In this document: in pieces, positions 39,992 through 50,057 of the stretch | Position numbering within the stretch: the stretch's first letter is position 1 | Layout of the letters: each line of letters begins with the position of its first letter | Assembly: GCA_963840805.1 (NCBI GenBank) | Contig: CAWJAJ010000016.1 | Coordinates: 290,609 to 354,608, forward strand | Source of the DNA: an uncultured beta proteobacterium | GTDB taxonomy: Bacteria > Pseudomonadota > Gammaproteobacteria > Burkholderiales > Burkholderiaceae_C | DNA length: 64,000 nucleotides | Direction: 5' to 3' | The notes under the pieces: generated by a model | What the model saw: the letters and a program-made list of their open reading frames with translations, nothing else | Databases searched by the model: none | What the model was told of the DNA's origin: nothing | Translations under genes and position numbers: made by a program

Positions 39992-41082
39992 TCAGGGCGC
40001 CGCCGGGTTGGAGGTCGACACCGCCCAGCCCATGCGCTCGTGCCCGTACTGGTTCCAGATCGGGTTCTTGCCGCCCGGTGAACGAGGTGTAGCGTGGCGC
40101 GCCCGAGCCGGTGGTGCCGCCGAACAGGCCGGCGCTGACGGTGCCGCCGGTGTAGGTCGGGTGGGTGTTGTCGGACTGGATGTAGTCGTAGCTGCTGCTC
40201 GAGGACACGAAGTGCGTGTTGGCGTCGCGTAGCGTCGACCGCAGCGTCGACGGTGATGCGGGTGACGTAGCTCGACTCGCTCTCGCCGGCGACGTAGCGC
40301 AGCGCGTCGGAGTCGACCTGCCCGTCGCCGTTGCGGTCGTAGTCGGCGCCCATGTACTGGGCGAAGTTGTCCGCGCACTTGAAGCCCTTTTGCCGCGCGT
40401 ACTCGCACATCCAGTAGTTCATCGTGGCGAGCTTGGGCAGGAACGTGCTCTGCAGGTTGACCGTGGCGCCGGTGCCGGCGTCCGTGCACGAGCTCTGCAC
40501 GTTGTCGGCGGCGTAGCCCGGGTAGTGCAGGTTCGAGATGATCTTCACCTTGGTGCCGGCGTAGGCGTTGGCGTTGATGTAGTCCATCGCGGCCGCGACG
40601 TAGGTCTTGCAGTTGTTCACGGCCGTGTTCATGCCGGCGTAGTTGCAGGTGCCGGTCTGGCTCTTGAAGCTCGAGCGCGCCTGCAGCCCGTCGTTGCCGC
40701 ACATCTCGAAGGTCACCACGCGGGTGGAACTGGCCTGCATGTACGAGCGTTCGGCGACGATCTTGTTGTTGTAGATGTCCGACGCCACCGCGCCGGACTT
40801 GGCGCGCCGGACGCTCTCGATGTCGGTGCTCCACAGCGCGGAGAGGTATTCGGCGTCGACCGTGGGCGCCGCGTACTTGGCCGCGTTGCTGATGGAGCCG
40901 TTGTAGCCGGCGTAGATCGAATCGCCGTAGGCGACCAGGCGGTACTTGGTCGCGGTGTCGGCCCGGTTGATGGTCCAGGAGACGTTCTGGGTCAGCGTGT
41001 TGGCGGCCGCCTCCGAACCGAGGGCCAGCAGGGCCAGGGTGGGCAACAGCGTGCGCAACGCGGCACGAAACAGGGTGCTCAT
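39992..41082 (-). pseudogene. Secreted SGNH/GDSL hydrolase (lipase/acyltransferase-like), at least two frame shifts in the 3' third
   Basis: Signal peptide MSTLFRAALRTLLPTLALLALGSEAAA. Block I VAYGDSIYAGY. DYDRNGDGQVDSD Ca-binding-like loop. The tail ..SSSSSYDYIQSDNTHPTYTGG.. and ..GGKNPIWNQYGHERMGWAVSTSNPAAP* lie in other frames. Confidence 0.7.
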
Positions 41083-41454
41083 GTCCAGACTCCTCTTGAG
41101 TGGCTTCGCCGCGGCACCGGCGCTGCGGGAAGCGAAACGCATGTGACGCGCGAGCACGATCCACGCTGCGAGGGAAATGCAAGTCGTCATCCGTGTCTCC
41201 CTCGGGCTAGGGGACAGAGCGTCCGAATCCGCAGGGTTGCCTGAGTGCAGCGGCAGTGTGGACCAAAACCAATGCGAGCCCAAGGGGGCGCAGTCCGGAG
41301 AATCCCTAGGTGCGAAATTGCAGTGAACACCCAACCCCTCGCCAGCTGTGGGGTCGACCGTGAAGATCAGCGCGACCCATTGCGGCACGCCGCACGCGGA
41401 AGCGAGCGCGCCCCCGCGTCCACGTTCAGCGCCTGGTGGTGCACGATCGAAGAG

Positions 41455-41474
41455 CGGTGGGCCCCGGCCCACCG
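41455..41474. terminator. GC-rich hairpin downstream of osmC (candidate terminator)
   Basis: CGGTGGGC-CCCG-GCCCACCG, an 8-bp stem with a tetraloop, 13 bp after the osmC stop. No clear U-tract. Confidence 0.35.
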
Positions 41475-41486
41475 GCGGCCGAGGCC

Positions 41487-41915
41487 CTACTTGAGCGTCG
41501 CGTGGAACGCGAGTTCGGGAATGCTCGCCAGGGCCTTGGAGATCGGGCAGTTCTTCTTGGAGAAGTCGACCTTCTCGTTGAAGACCTCGGCGCTGACGCC
41601 CGGCACGACGGCTACGGTCTCGAGTTCGATCTTTGTGACGGTGGGTCCCGCGCCCAGGTGTACCGTGGCCGTTGTCTCGATGCTGGTCGGAGGATGGCCC
41701 GCATTGGTGAGCTGGGCGGCCAGGAACATCGAGAAGCAGCCCGCCTGAGCCGCGCCGATCAACTCTTCCGGATTCGTGCCGCCCGCCGCGCCCTCAAATC
41801 GCGTGGCGAATGTGTAGGGTGCATTCAAGTGCCCCGAGGCGCCCGACATCGAGCCGGCCCCCTCCTTGAGCGTTCCCGTCCACTTCGCGTGAGCTTTCGC
41901 AGTGGCCATGCTCAT
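41487..41915 (-). CDS. osmC: OsmC family peroxiredoxin
   Basis: 142 aa. Both conserved cysteines are present (AQAGCFSM and KNCPISK). Confidence 0.8.
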   Translation of the reverse strand: MSMATAKAHAKWTGTLKEGAGSMSGASGHLNAPYTFATRFEGAAGGTNPEELIGAAQAGCFSMFLAAQLTNAGHPPTSIETTATVHLGAGPTVTKIELETVAVVPGVSAEVFNEKVDFSKKNCPISKALASIPELAFHATLK

Positions 41916-42013
41916 ATCTCCTCGTGTGGTTGAAGTGACGCCTAGGCCTTGACTGTACAAGCGTCGTCATGATCGCGCACAGCGCTGCTGCCCCGCTGCG
42001 TCCAGCAAGGCGA

Positions 42014-42904
42014 TCACCTCCGCTGCCGCCACGCGCTGGGCGTGCGGCCGGTGCTGCGCTGGAAGAAGCGTGTGAAGTAGGCGGCGTCGGCAAACCCCAG
42101 GCCGATGCCGATCTGCTTGATGCTCATCGCGGTGTAGGCCAGTTCGCGCTGGGCCTCGAGCACCAGGCGCGCATGCAACACCTCGAGGGCGCCACGCCCG
42201 AGCACGCGCCGGCAGACGCGGTTCAACTGCGTCGGCGTGATCGCCAGCGCCTGCGCGCAGGCGGCCACCGACGGTTGCTCGCGGTAGCGGCGTTCGACCA
42301 GGCCGCGGTAACGCTCCACGTGCGCCAGCGCGCGCCCGCCGGCGGCGCCGTCGCGGGCGGCGTCCGCACGCGGCAGCCGCGCCACCGCGACGAGCAACTG
42401 CAGCAGCGCGGCATCGAGCGTGCGGGCGCGCCAGCGCCGCAGGCCGTGGAACTCGTCCTGCAGCGTCGCGCAGGCCTGCCGCAGCGCGCGGGCGCCTTCG
42501 TCGCGCAGCGGCGCGACGCGCGCAGCGAACGCCTGGGCCACGAGGGCCGCGTCCTGCCCCAGCACGCTGCGCACATGCGCTTCGGCCGCCGTCACCACCA
42601 GCCCCTCGACGCCCGGCGTGAAACGGAAGCCGTGCACGGACAACGGCGGCACCACCACCACGCAGGGGCCCCGCATCGATTGCGCAAGGCCCTCGGCCAG
42701 CGCCTCGCCGCGCCCCTGCCGCAAGTACAGAATTTGCAGCAGCGCCGCATGGCGGTGGGGCCGGATCTCCCACTCGTGCAGGACGCTGCGCTCGGCGATC
42801 GATTCGCAGTGCAGCCAGTCGAATCCCTCATCGGCATCGGGCTCGCCGTAGAGTGAGTAGGTCGGCAGCAGCGCCGGCGTCGCGGCGCGGGTGGGCTGGC
42901 GCAT
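42014..42904 (-). CDS. pobR: AraC family activator of 4-hydroxybenzoate hydroxylase
   Basis: Cupin-like N-terminal half plus a C-terminal AraC HTH (..IKQIGIGLGFADAAYFTRFFQRSTGRTPSAWR). Divergent from pobA. Confidence 0.8.
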   Translation of the reverse strand: MRQPTRAATPALLPTYSLYGEPDADEGFDWLHCESIAERSVLHEWEIRPHRHAALLQILYLRQGRGEALAEGLAQSMRGPCVVVVPPLSVHGFRFTPGVEGLVVTAAEAHVRSVLGQDAALVAQAFAARVAPLRDEGARALRQACATLQDEFHGLRRWRARTLDAALLQLLVAVARLPRADAARDGAAGGRALAHVERYRGLVERRYREQPSVAACAQALAITPTQLNRVCRRVLGRGALEVLHARLVLEAQRELAYTAMSIKQIGIGLGFADAAYFTRFFQRSTGRTPSAWRQRR

Positions 42905-42911
42905 GATGTTC

Positions 42912-42925
42912 GAATTGTGCAATTC
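42912..42925. promoter_or_regulatory. Palindrome GAATTG-TG-CAATTC in the pobR-pobA intergenic region (candidate PobR operator)
   Basis: Perfect 6-bp arms, 8 bp upstream of the pobR start and 82 bp upstream of pobA. Confidence 0.35.
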
Positions 42926-42946
42926 AAGGTCCGATCCGTCCATTGA

Positions 42947-44191
<1,245 letters not shown>

Positions 44192-44218
44192 ATCGTGACG
44201 CCTCGAGGCCTCCGCCCG

Positions 44219-44261
44219 GCGCCGATTCCGGCGCGCCGAGCGCCAGCCAGCCACCGTCGGC
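44219..44261. repeat. 43-bp copy (39/43 identical) of the 3' end of the SDR gene at 45289-45331; direct repeat flanking the AEC transporter gene
   Basis: The minus strand encodes ADGGWLALGAPESA, matching the last codons of the SDR at 45281-46039. No upstream SDR body is present. Confidence 0.7.
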
Positions 44262-44269
44262 GGCAGCCC

Positions 44270-45226
44270 TCACAGCGCCGATTGCCGGAGCAACCAGAGC
44301 AGCGCGCTGAGCGAAAAGAATGAACCGATGGTCGTGACCAACACCGCGGCCGAACTGAAGTCTTCCTGTCCGTAAGCCTGGGCCAGGATGGAATAGATGC
44401 CCATCATCGGCATCGCTGCCATCAGCACGGCCGCCATGCGCAGCGACGGATCCAGCGCCGGCAGACCGATCATCGGCAGCGCGAGAACAGCCAGCAGTAC
44501 GGCCGCCGGGTGAAAGACCAGTTTGCCGAGCACGATGGGCATGACCCGGCGCCCCATGCCCTGCATCGGAAGCCCGACCAGCGTGCCGCCGATGACAAAC
44601 AGCGAAAGTGCCCCGCTGGCCATCGCGAACATCGTGACCGTGCGGGCCATCCACTGCGGCAATGCCCCGCCCGACAGCGACACGGCCAAGCCGGCGAGCA
44701 AGCCGATGATCAGCGGATTGGTGGCCAGGCGCGCCAATGCCTGGCCGAGTTGACGGTGCCACGTTCCTGCGCGAGAGCGGCTTCGCTCGGCCAGGGTCAG
44801 CAGCAGCGGAATCATGATCACGTTCTCGACGATCATGTTCAGCGCCAGCGCCACGCCAGCCACCGGCGCCATCATCAGCAGCAGGATCGGATAGCCGACG
44901 AATCCGCTGTTCGAGCAGGTCATGCCCATGACGTAGATCGTGCTGGTCGTTGCGTTCAAGCCCGCAATGCGCCGGCACCACAGAAGGCCGAGCCCCAGCA
45001 CGGCGAGGGACCCGGCCAGATAGGCCAGCAGGTAGCCGACATCGAGAATCTCGAGAATCTGCCGTTGGGCCACGGCGCTGAAGACCAGCGATGGCAGCGC
45101 CAGTTTGATGACGAACTTGCCGAAGACCCGCATCTCCACCTGGGTGAACCAACCGGCGCGGGTGGTCAGGAACCCGATCAGGATGACAAGGTAGATCGGG
45201 CCTGTGACGCTGAGAACTTCGAGCAT
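44270..45226 (-). CDS. AEC (auxin efflux carrier) family transporter
   Basis: 318 aa, ~10 TM. MLEVLSVTGPIYLVILIGFL..., intact. Confidence 0.8.
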   Translation of the reverse strand: MLEVLSVTGPIYLVILIGFLTTRAGWFTQVEMRVFGKFVIKLALPSLVFSAVAQRQILEILDVGYLLAYLAGSLAVLGLGLLWCRRIAGLNATTSTIYVMGMTCSNSGFVGYPILLLMMAPVAGVALALNMIVENVIMIPLLLTLAERSRSRAGTWHRQLGQALARLATNPLIIGLLAGLAVSLSGGALPQWMARTVTMFAMASGALSLFVIGGTLVGLPMQGMGRRVMPIVLGKLVFHPAAVLLAVLALPMIGLPALDPSLRMAAVLMAAMPMMGIYSILAQAYGQEDFSSAAVLVTTIGSFFSLSALLWLLRQSAL

Positions 45227-45280
45227 TGGGCAGGGGCGCGAAAATCGGATTGCCTTCGGCAGCCGTCACCGCCAGACGTG

Positions 45281-46039
45281 TCAGTCGAGCGCCGACTCCG
45301 GCGCACCCAGCGCCAGCCAGCCGCCGTCGGCATTCAGCGTCGCGCCGGTGACGAAACTGGCCTTTGCCGACGCCAGGAAGGCGATCACCTCGGCGATCTC
45401 GGCCGGCTGCGCCAGGCGTGCCATCGGCGTGCGCCGCACGATGGCCGCGGTGTCGAGCGCGCCCTTGCGTTCGAGCTCGTCGACCAGCGCGGTGCGCACG
45501 TAACCCGGTGCCACCGCATTCACGCGCAGGCCGCTGCGCGCCCATTCGCAGGCCATCGCACGCGTCATCGCGGCGATGCCGGCCTTCGCGGCGCCGTAGG
45601 CATTGCGCATCGGGATGCCGGCCTGGCCGGCGATCGAGGCGATGTTGACGATCGCGCCGCTGCGCTGCACGAGCATCGCTTTCGCCACTTCGCGGCTCAT
45701 CAGGAAGGTGCCGCGCAGGTGCACGTCGAGCACGCGGTCGAAGGCGTCGACGTCCTGATCGACGGTGGGCGCGGCCTGCTCGCCGATGCCGGCGTTGTTG
45801 ACGAGGATGTCGATGCGGCCGAAGCGCTGCATCACCGCGGCCACGGCGGCGCTGACGCTGGCGGCGTCGGCGACGTCGCAGCCGAGCCCGACATGCGCCG
45901 GGCCGAGCTCGGCCGCGCGCTGCACGGCGGCAGGTTCGCGCAGGTCGAGCAGCGCGACATGGTCGACATCGGCCGCGAGCCGCTGCGCGGTGGCCCAGCC
46001 GATGCCGTCGGCCGCGCCGGTCACGATCGCGACGCTCAC
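45281..46039 (-). CDS. SDR family oxidoreductase
   Basis: GTG start in a GTGA overlap with the upstream stop. VTGAADGIGWA, NNAG and YGAAK motifs. Confidence 0.8.
   Translation of the reverse strand: MSVAIVTGAADGIGWATAQRLAADVDHVALLDLREPAAVQRAAELGPAHVGLGCDVADAASVSAAVAAVMQRFGRIDILVNNAGIGEQAAPTVDQDVDAFDRVLDVHLRGTFLMSREVAKAMLVQRSGAIVNIASIAGQAGIPMRNAYGAAKAGIAAMTRAMACEWARSGLRVNAVAPGYVRTALVDELERKGALDTAAIVRRTPMARLAQPAEIAEVIAFLASAKASFVTGATLNADGGWLALGAPESALD
45289..45331. repeat. Partner of the 44219-44261 direct repeat (inside the SDR 3' end)
   Basis: GCGCCGACTCCGGCGCACCCAGCGCCAGCCAGCCGCCGTCGGC versus GCGCCGATTCCGGCGCGCCGAGCGCCAGCCAGCCACCGTCGGC. Confidence 0.7.
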
Positions 46040-46395
46040 AGCCACCCCACCACGCTGGGCAATTCGACGCGCCGGATCAATCGCGTCTCCTGCGCGACGA
46101 TCAGATGCTCCGATGCCGCGAGGTATTTCGGAAAGTCCGGGTGCGTGTCGCGTGCGTGGCAACGCTGCTCGTAGTCGGCCAGGCTGTCGTAGCCCCACAG
46201 GTGCACGAACTGGTTCTGCGGCCCGACATGGCTGGTCCAGAAGCCCAGCGGCGACCCCAGCGTGGCCAGCAGGATCGGCATCGCCAGGCGGTCGAAGACT
46301 TCGACGAACTCACCCATCTTGCGCAGCCGGATGGTGTAGGTGCGGTGATCGACGATCGGCTTGCCGCTGGCCGCGACGATCGCTTCAGGCCGCAT
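46036..46395 (-). CDS. NIPSNAP family protein (single domain)
   Basis: 119 aa. ..HRTYTIRLRKMGEFVEVF..FVHLWGYDSLADYEQ.. Confidence 0.7.
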   Translation of the reverse strand: MRPEAIVAASGKPIVDHRTYTIRLRKMGEFVEVFDRLAMPILLATLGSPLGFWTSHVGPQNQFVHLWGYDSLADYEQRCHARDTHPDFPKYLAASEHLIVAQETRLIRRVELPSVVGWL

Positions 46396-48109
46396 GGCGC
46401 TGCTCTCCGGTGGTCGCCTGCGCTGCGGCGGCGATGTGGCGGCCGGTGAGCCAGCCGAAGGTCATGTTCGGGCCCAGCGTGATGCCGGCGGCGGGGTAGT
46501 TGCCGCCCATCATGCTGGCGCGGTCGTTGCCCACGGCATAGAGGCCCTCGACCACCGTGCCGCGCCGCGTCAGCACCTGGCCGGCGACGGTGGTGCGCAG
46601 GCCGTCGAAGGTGCCGAGGTCGCCCATCAACAGCTTCACCGCGTAGTACGGCCCGCTGCCGATCGGCGCGACACACGGGTTGGGCTTGTGCTCGTGGTCG
46701 GCGAGGTAGCGGTTGAAAGACGTGCTGCCGCGGCCGAATTGCAGGTCCTGGCCGTTGACCGCGCCGACGTTGTACTCGCGTACGGTTTGTTCGAGCGCCG
46801 CGGCGTCGACACCGGCCTTCGACGCCAACTCGGCGAGCGTCGCGCCCTTGATCAGGTAGCCGCTGCGCTCCAGCGCGCCGGTCGGCATCGGTGCCGGCTT
46901 GGCGTAGCCGAGGCCGTACTTGGCGAGCGTCGCCTGGTCGCAGACCAGCCACGCGGCGGTCTCGGCCTCGCCTTCGCAGGAGCGGATCATCGCGGCGCCG
47001 ACGTCGTGGTACGACTCCGATTCGTTGCAGAAACGCCGGCCCTTGCGCGTGACGCCGATGACACCCGGCTTGTAGCGGTCGAGCAGGTGCGGGAACACGC
47101 CCGTTTCGCCGTTCGCAAACACGACCTTCGACACCGGCATCCACGCCGACGCCGAGGGGAAGCGGATGTCGAACTGGCCGCCGGCGTCTTCGGCCATGCG
47201 AATGCCGTCGCCGGTGTTGCCGGTGGGCACCGGCGACAGGTGCTCGCCGCCGCGCTTCAAGTGCGGGTAGGCAGCGCGGATGCGCTCGATGTCGTGCGGA
47301 AAGCCACCGCAGGCGAGCACCACGCCGTGGCGTGCGTTGACCTGCACGTCGACGCCGTCGCGCGCGACGACCGCACCAAGCACGGCGGTGGCCTCGCTGA
47401 CCAGGCGCCGCGCCGGCGACGAGGTCCAGATCGGGATGCCGAGGTCGAGCGCCGATTTCGCCAGCCGCGCCGCGAGCGCGTTGCCGCTGGTGACGTTGAT
47501 GCCGCGCCGGTACAGCAGCAGTTCCTTGACGTGGTGGGCCAGGCGCTTGGCGACGTAGATGAACGACGTCAGCGACTTGGTCGCGTTGAAGAAGTGCTTC
47601 AGGTCGGCGTTGGACGAATTGAACATCATGCCGATGAAGGTGATGGTCGCGAGTGGCGGGCGCAGCCGCGCCATGTCGGCGCCGAGGCCGCGGATGTCGA
47701 AGGGCGCGGCCAGGATCGAGCGCCCGATGTCGACGCCGCCCGCCACGGTGGGGTGGTAGTCGGGGTACAGCGTCGGCACGAACTTGACGCTGGTCTCGCG
47801 CTCGAACCACTCGACCATCGCCGGCGCGTTGTCGAGGAAGGCATCGACAGCGGCCTCGTCGAAGAAGGCACCGGTCTCGTTATTCAGGTACTCGCGTGCG
47901 GCCTCGCGCGTGTCGGCGACGCCGTTGGCCTTGGCGTGCGGGTTGCCCGGCATCCACAGCACGCCGCCGCTGAACGCGGTGGTGCCGCCGAACACCGGCT
48001 CCTTCTCGGCGACGATGACGTCCAGCCCGGCCTTGCGTGCGGCGATCGCGGCCGCGAGGCCACCGGCGCCCGAGCCGACCACCAGCACATCGCATTCGAT
48101 GGTGTTCAC
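46385..48109 (-). CDS. FAD-binding dehydrogenase, paralog 3
   Basis: 574 aa, intact. GTG in a GTGA overlap with the upstream SDR stop. DVLVVGSGAGGLAAAIAA..EKEPVFGGTTAFSGGVLW.., C-terminal GLYAVGND..GGNYPAAGITLGPN. Confidence 0.85.
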   Translation of the reverse strand: MNTIECDVLVVGSGAGGLAAAIAARKAGLDVIVAEKEPVFGGTTAFSGGVLWMPGNPHAKANGVADTREAAREYLNNETGAFFDEAAVDAFLDNAPAMVEWFERETSVKFVPTLYPDYHPTVAGGVDIGRSILAAPFDIRGLGADMARLRPPLATITFIGMMFNSSNADLKHFFNATKSLTSFIYVAKRLAHHVKELLLYRRGINVTSGNALAARLAKSALDLGIPIWTSSPARRLVSEATAVLGAVVARDGVDVQVNARHGVVLACGGFPHDIERIRAAYPHLKRGGEHLSPVPTGNTGDGIRMAEDAGGQFDIRFPSASAWMPVSKVVFANGETGVFPHLLDRYKPGVIGVTRKGRRFCNESESYHDVGAAMIRSCEGEAETAAWLVCDQATLAKYGLGYAKPAPMPTGALERSGYLIKGATLAELASKAGVDAAALEQTVREYNVGAVNGQDLQFGRGSTSFNRYLADHEHKPNPCVAPIGSGPYYAVKLLMGDLGTFDGLRTTVAGQVLTRRGTVVEGLYAVGNDRASMMGGNYPAAGITLGPNMTFGWLTGRHIAAAAQATTGEQRHAA

Positions 48110-48985
48110 TGCTTGTCTCCTGCGACTTGCGCCGTGTCGTTGTAGCCGGGCCGGGGCACCATGTCCATCAGCATGCAGTCGAGGCCGCCGTCGACCACCA
48201 GTTCGGTGCCGTTGACGTAGCCCGCGCGATCGCTGAGCAGGAACAGCGCGGGCTCGGCGATGTCGATCGGCTCGCCGACGCGCCGGCTCGCGGTGACCGC
48301 CGCGCGCTTGGCCTCGAAGCCCGGCACCTCGTAGAACTTGGCCGACAGCGCGGTGCGGATCATGCCCGGGCAGATGGCGTTGCTGCGCACGCCGCGCGGG
48401 CCCCACTCGGCCGCCAGTTGCTTGTTCAACAGCAGCACGCCGGCCTTGCTGGCGCTGTAGGCGCCGCTGCGCGTCTGCGGATGCAGCGACGAGATCGATG
48501 CCACGTGCACCAGGCTGCCGCGGCCCCGCGCCAGCATGTCGCGGCCGAACTCGCGTGCGCACAGCAGGTAGCCGGTGAGGTTGACCGCCAGCACCGCGTT
48601 CCAGTCGGCCAGGCTGACTTCGTCGAGCGCGCCCGGGCGCAGCAGGCCGGCGTTGTTGACCAGGCCGTCGATCGGGCCGAGCTCGGACCGCGCCCGCGTG
48701 GCGGCAGCGCACACCGCGGCTTCGTCGCCGATGTCGCATTCGATGCCGACGGCCGCGGCGCCGGTGCCCGCGATCTGCCGCTGCCGCCTGCTGCACGGCG
48801 TCGCCGTTGCGGTCGATCAGCGCGACGCGCGCTCCGACGCCGGCCAGCGCGTCGGCGATCGCGCGCCCGATGCCGCTCGCCGCGCCGGTGACGGCCACCG
48901 TGCGCCCGGCCAGGCCCAGCCAGTGCGCGCCGCCGGCCCCAGACGAATCGGGCCTGCGTGGGTTGTCTGCGGTGCTCGGGCTCAT
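48106..48985 (-). pseudogene. SDR family oxidoreductase, one frame shift near 48780
   Basis: The N-terminal part TVAVTGAASGIGRAIADAL.. (frame of ORF 46385-49045) joins ..GPIDGLVNNAG..YSASK.. (ORF 48106-48714). Confidence 0.8.
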
Positions 48986-49104
48986 CGTCGAAACTCCCCT
49001 ATGGCGTCGGTTGCGCATCGTAGGAACGGCGGGCCGCGGCGGCAATTCAAAAAGGCCGCGTAGGGCAGGACAATTCGTGCATCCACGATCCCGGCAATCC
49101 GACG

Positions 49105-50028
49105 ATGGCGACCCACATCCCCAACTATGCGCTGTACGGCGACAAGGTGCAGCCCGCGTGGCTCGACATGGTGCATTTCGAGTGGATCCACGAGCGCTCG
49201 TCGCTGTTCGACTACGAGATCGCGCCGCACTTCCACGACGGCCAGATCCAGTTGCTGTACATCACGCAGGGCGGCGGCGAGGTCTTCATCGACGGCGCGA
49301 AGTGGCCGCTCGCGCCGCGCACGCTGGTCGTGGTGCCGGCGCGCCACGTGCACGGTTTTCACTTCCTGCCCGACATCGACGGCCCGGTGGTGACGGCCGC
49401 GCAGCGCCCGCTCGAATCGCTGGCCGCCGTGGCGGCGCCCGACGTGCTGCCGCATCTGCGCCGACCCCTGGTACTGACCGTGCCCGACCCGGTGCGCCAT
49501 GCCGACGCACTGATGCCGCTGTTCGAGGCCATCGCACGCGAGAGCCGCGCGCATTCCAGCGGCGACGTCGCGGCGGGCAGCGCGCTGCTGCTGGCGGTGT
49601 TCGTGCAGATCGCGCGCATCGCCAAGGCCTTGCAGGTCAACGGCGACGACGGCGGCGGCGATGCCGCGGCGCGTTCACGCAAGGCGGTGCAGGTCGAGCG
49701 ATTCCGTGCGCTGGTCGATGCGCGCTTTCGCGAGCGCTTGCCGGTCGAGGCCTATGCCGCGGCGGTGGGCCTGAGCGCGGGCCAGTTGTCGCGCCTGTGC
49801 CGCGACACGCTCGGCCGCTCGGCGCTGGCGGTGATCAACGCGCGCGTGGTGCACGAGGCCGAGCGCGAACTGGTGTATTCGACGCTCACCGTGAAGCAGA
49901 TCGCCGGCCTGCTCGGCTTTGCCGACGAGGCCTACTTCGGCCGCTTCTTCAAGCGCCAGACCGGCCGTACGCCGACCGACTTCCGCGACGCGGCGCGGCG
50001 GCGCCTCTCGCCGGCTCACAAGGCGTAG
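49105..50028 (+). CDS. AraC family transcriptional regulator (PobR-like paralog)
   Basis: 307 aa. Same architecture and clear similarity to pobR (IPNYALYGD../PTYSLYGE..; ..FADEAYFGRFFKRQTGRTPTDFR). Confidence 0.8.
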   Translation: MATHIPNYALYGDKVQPAWLDMVHFEWIHERSSLFDYEIAPHFHDGQIQLLYITQGGGEVFIDGAKWPLAPRTLVVVPARHVHGFHFLPDIDGPVVTAAQRPLESLAAVAAPDVLPHLRRPLVLTVPDPVRHADALMPLFEAIARESRAHSSGDVAAGSALLLAVFVQIARIAKALQVNGDDGGGDAAARSRKAVQVERFRALVDARFRERLPVEAYAAAVGLSAGQLSRLCRDTLGRSALAVINARVVHEAERELVYSTLTVKQIAGLLGFADEAYFGRFFKRQTGRTPTDFRDAARRRLSPAHKA

Positions 50029-50057
50029 GCCGCGGCGCGTGCGGGCTCGCCGCCAAC

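Noticed and set aside
41255-41300. Possible fifth, partial REP copy (..CCCAAGGGGGCGCAGTCCGG..)
   Set aside because: Only ~15 nt resemble the GGGGGCGCAGGCC block of the 30.1-kb copy. The flanking blocks (GCTCACTTCGTTCGC, GGCCCGGCG) are absent, so the evidence is too weak.
46385-49045. 886-aa ORF suggesting an SDR-FAD dehydrogenase fusion
   Set aside because: The SDR continues in another frame to its own stop at 48106. The flavoprotein has a GTG start in a GTGA overlap at 48109. The in-frame connection is antisense or out-of-frame sequence.
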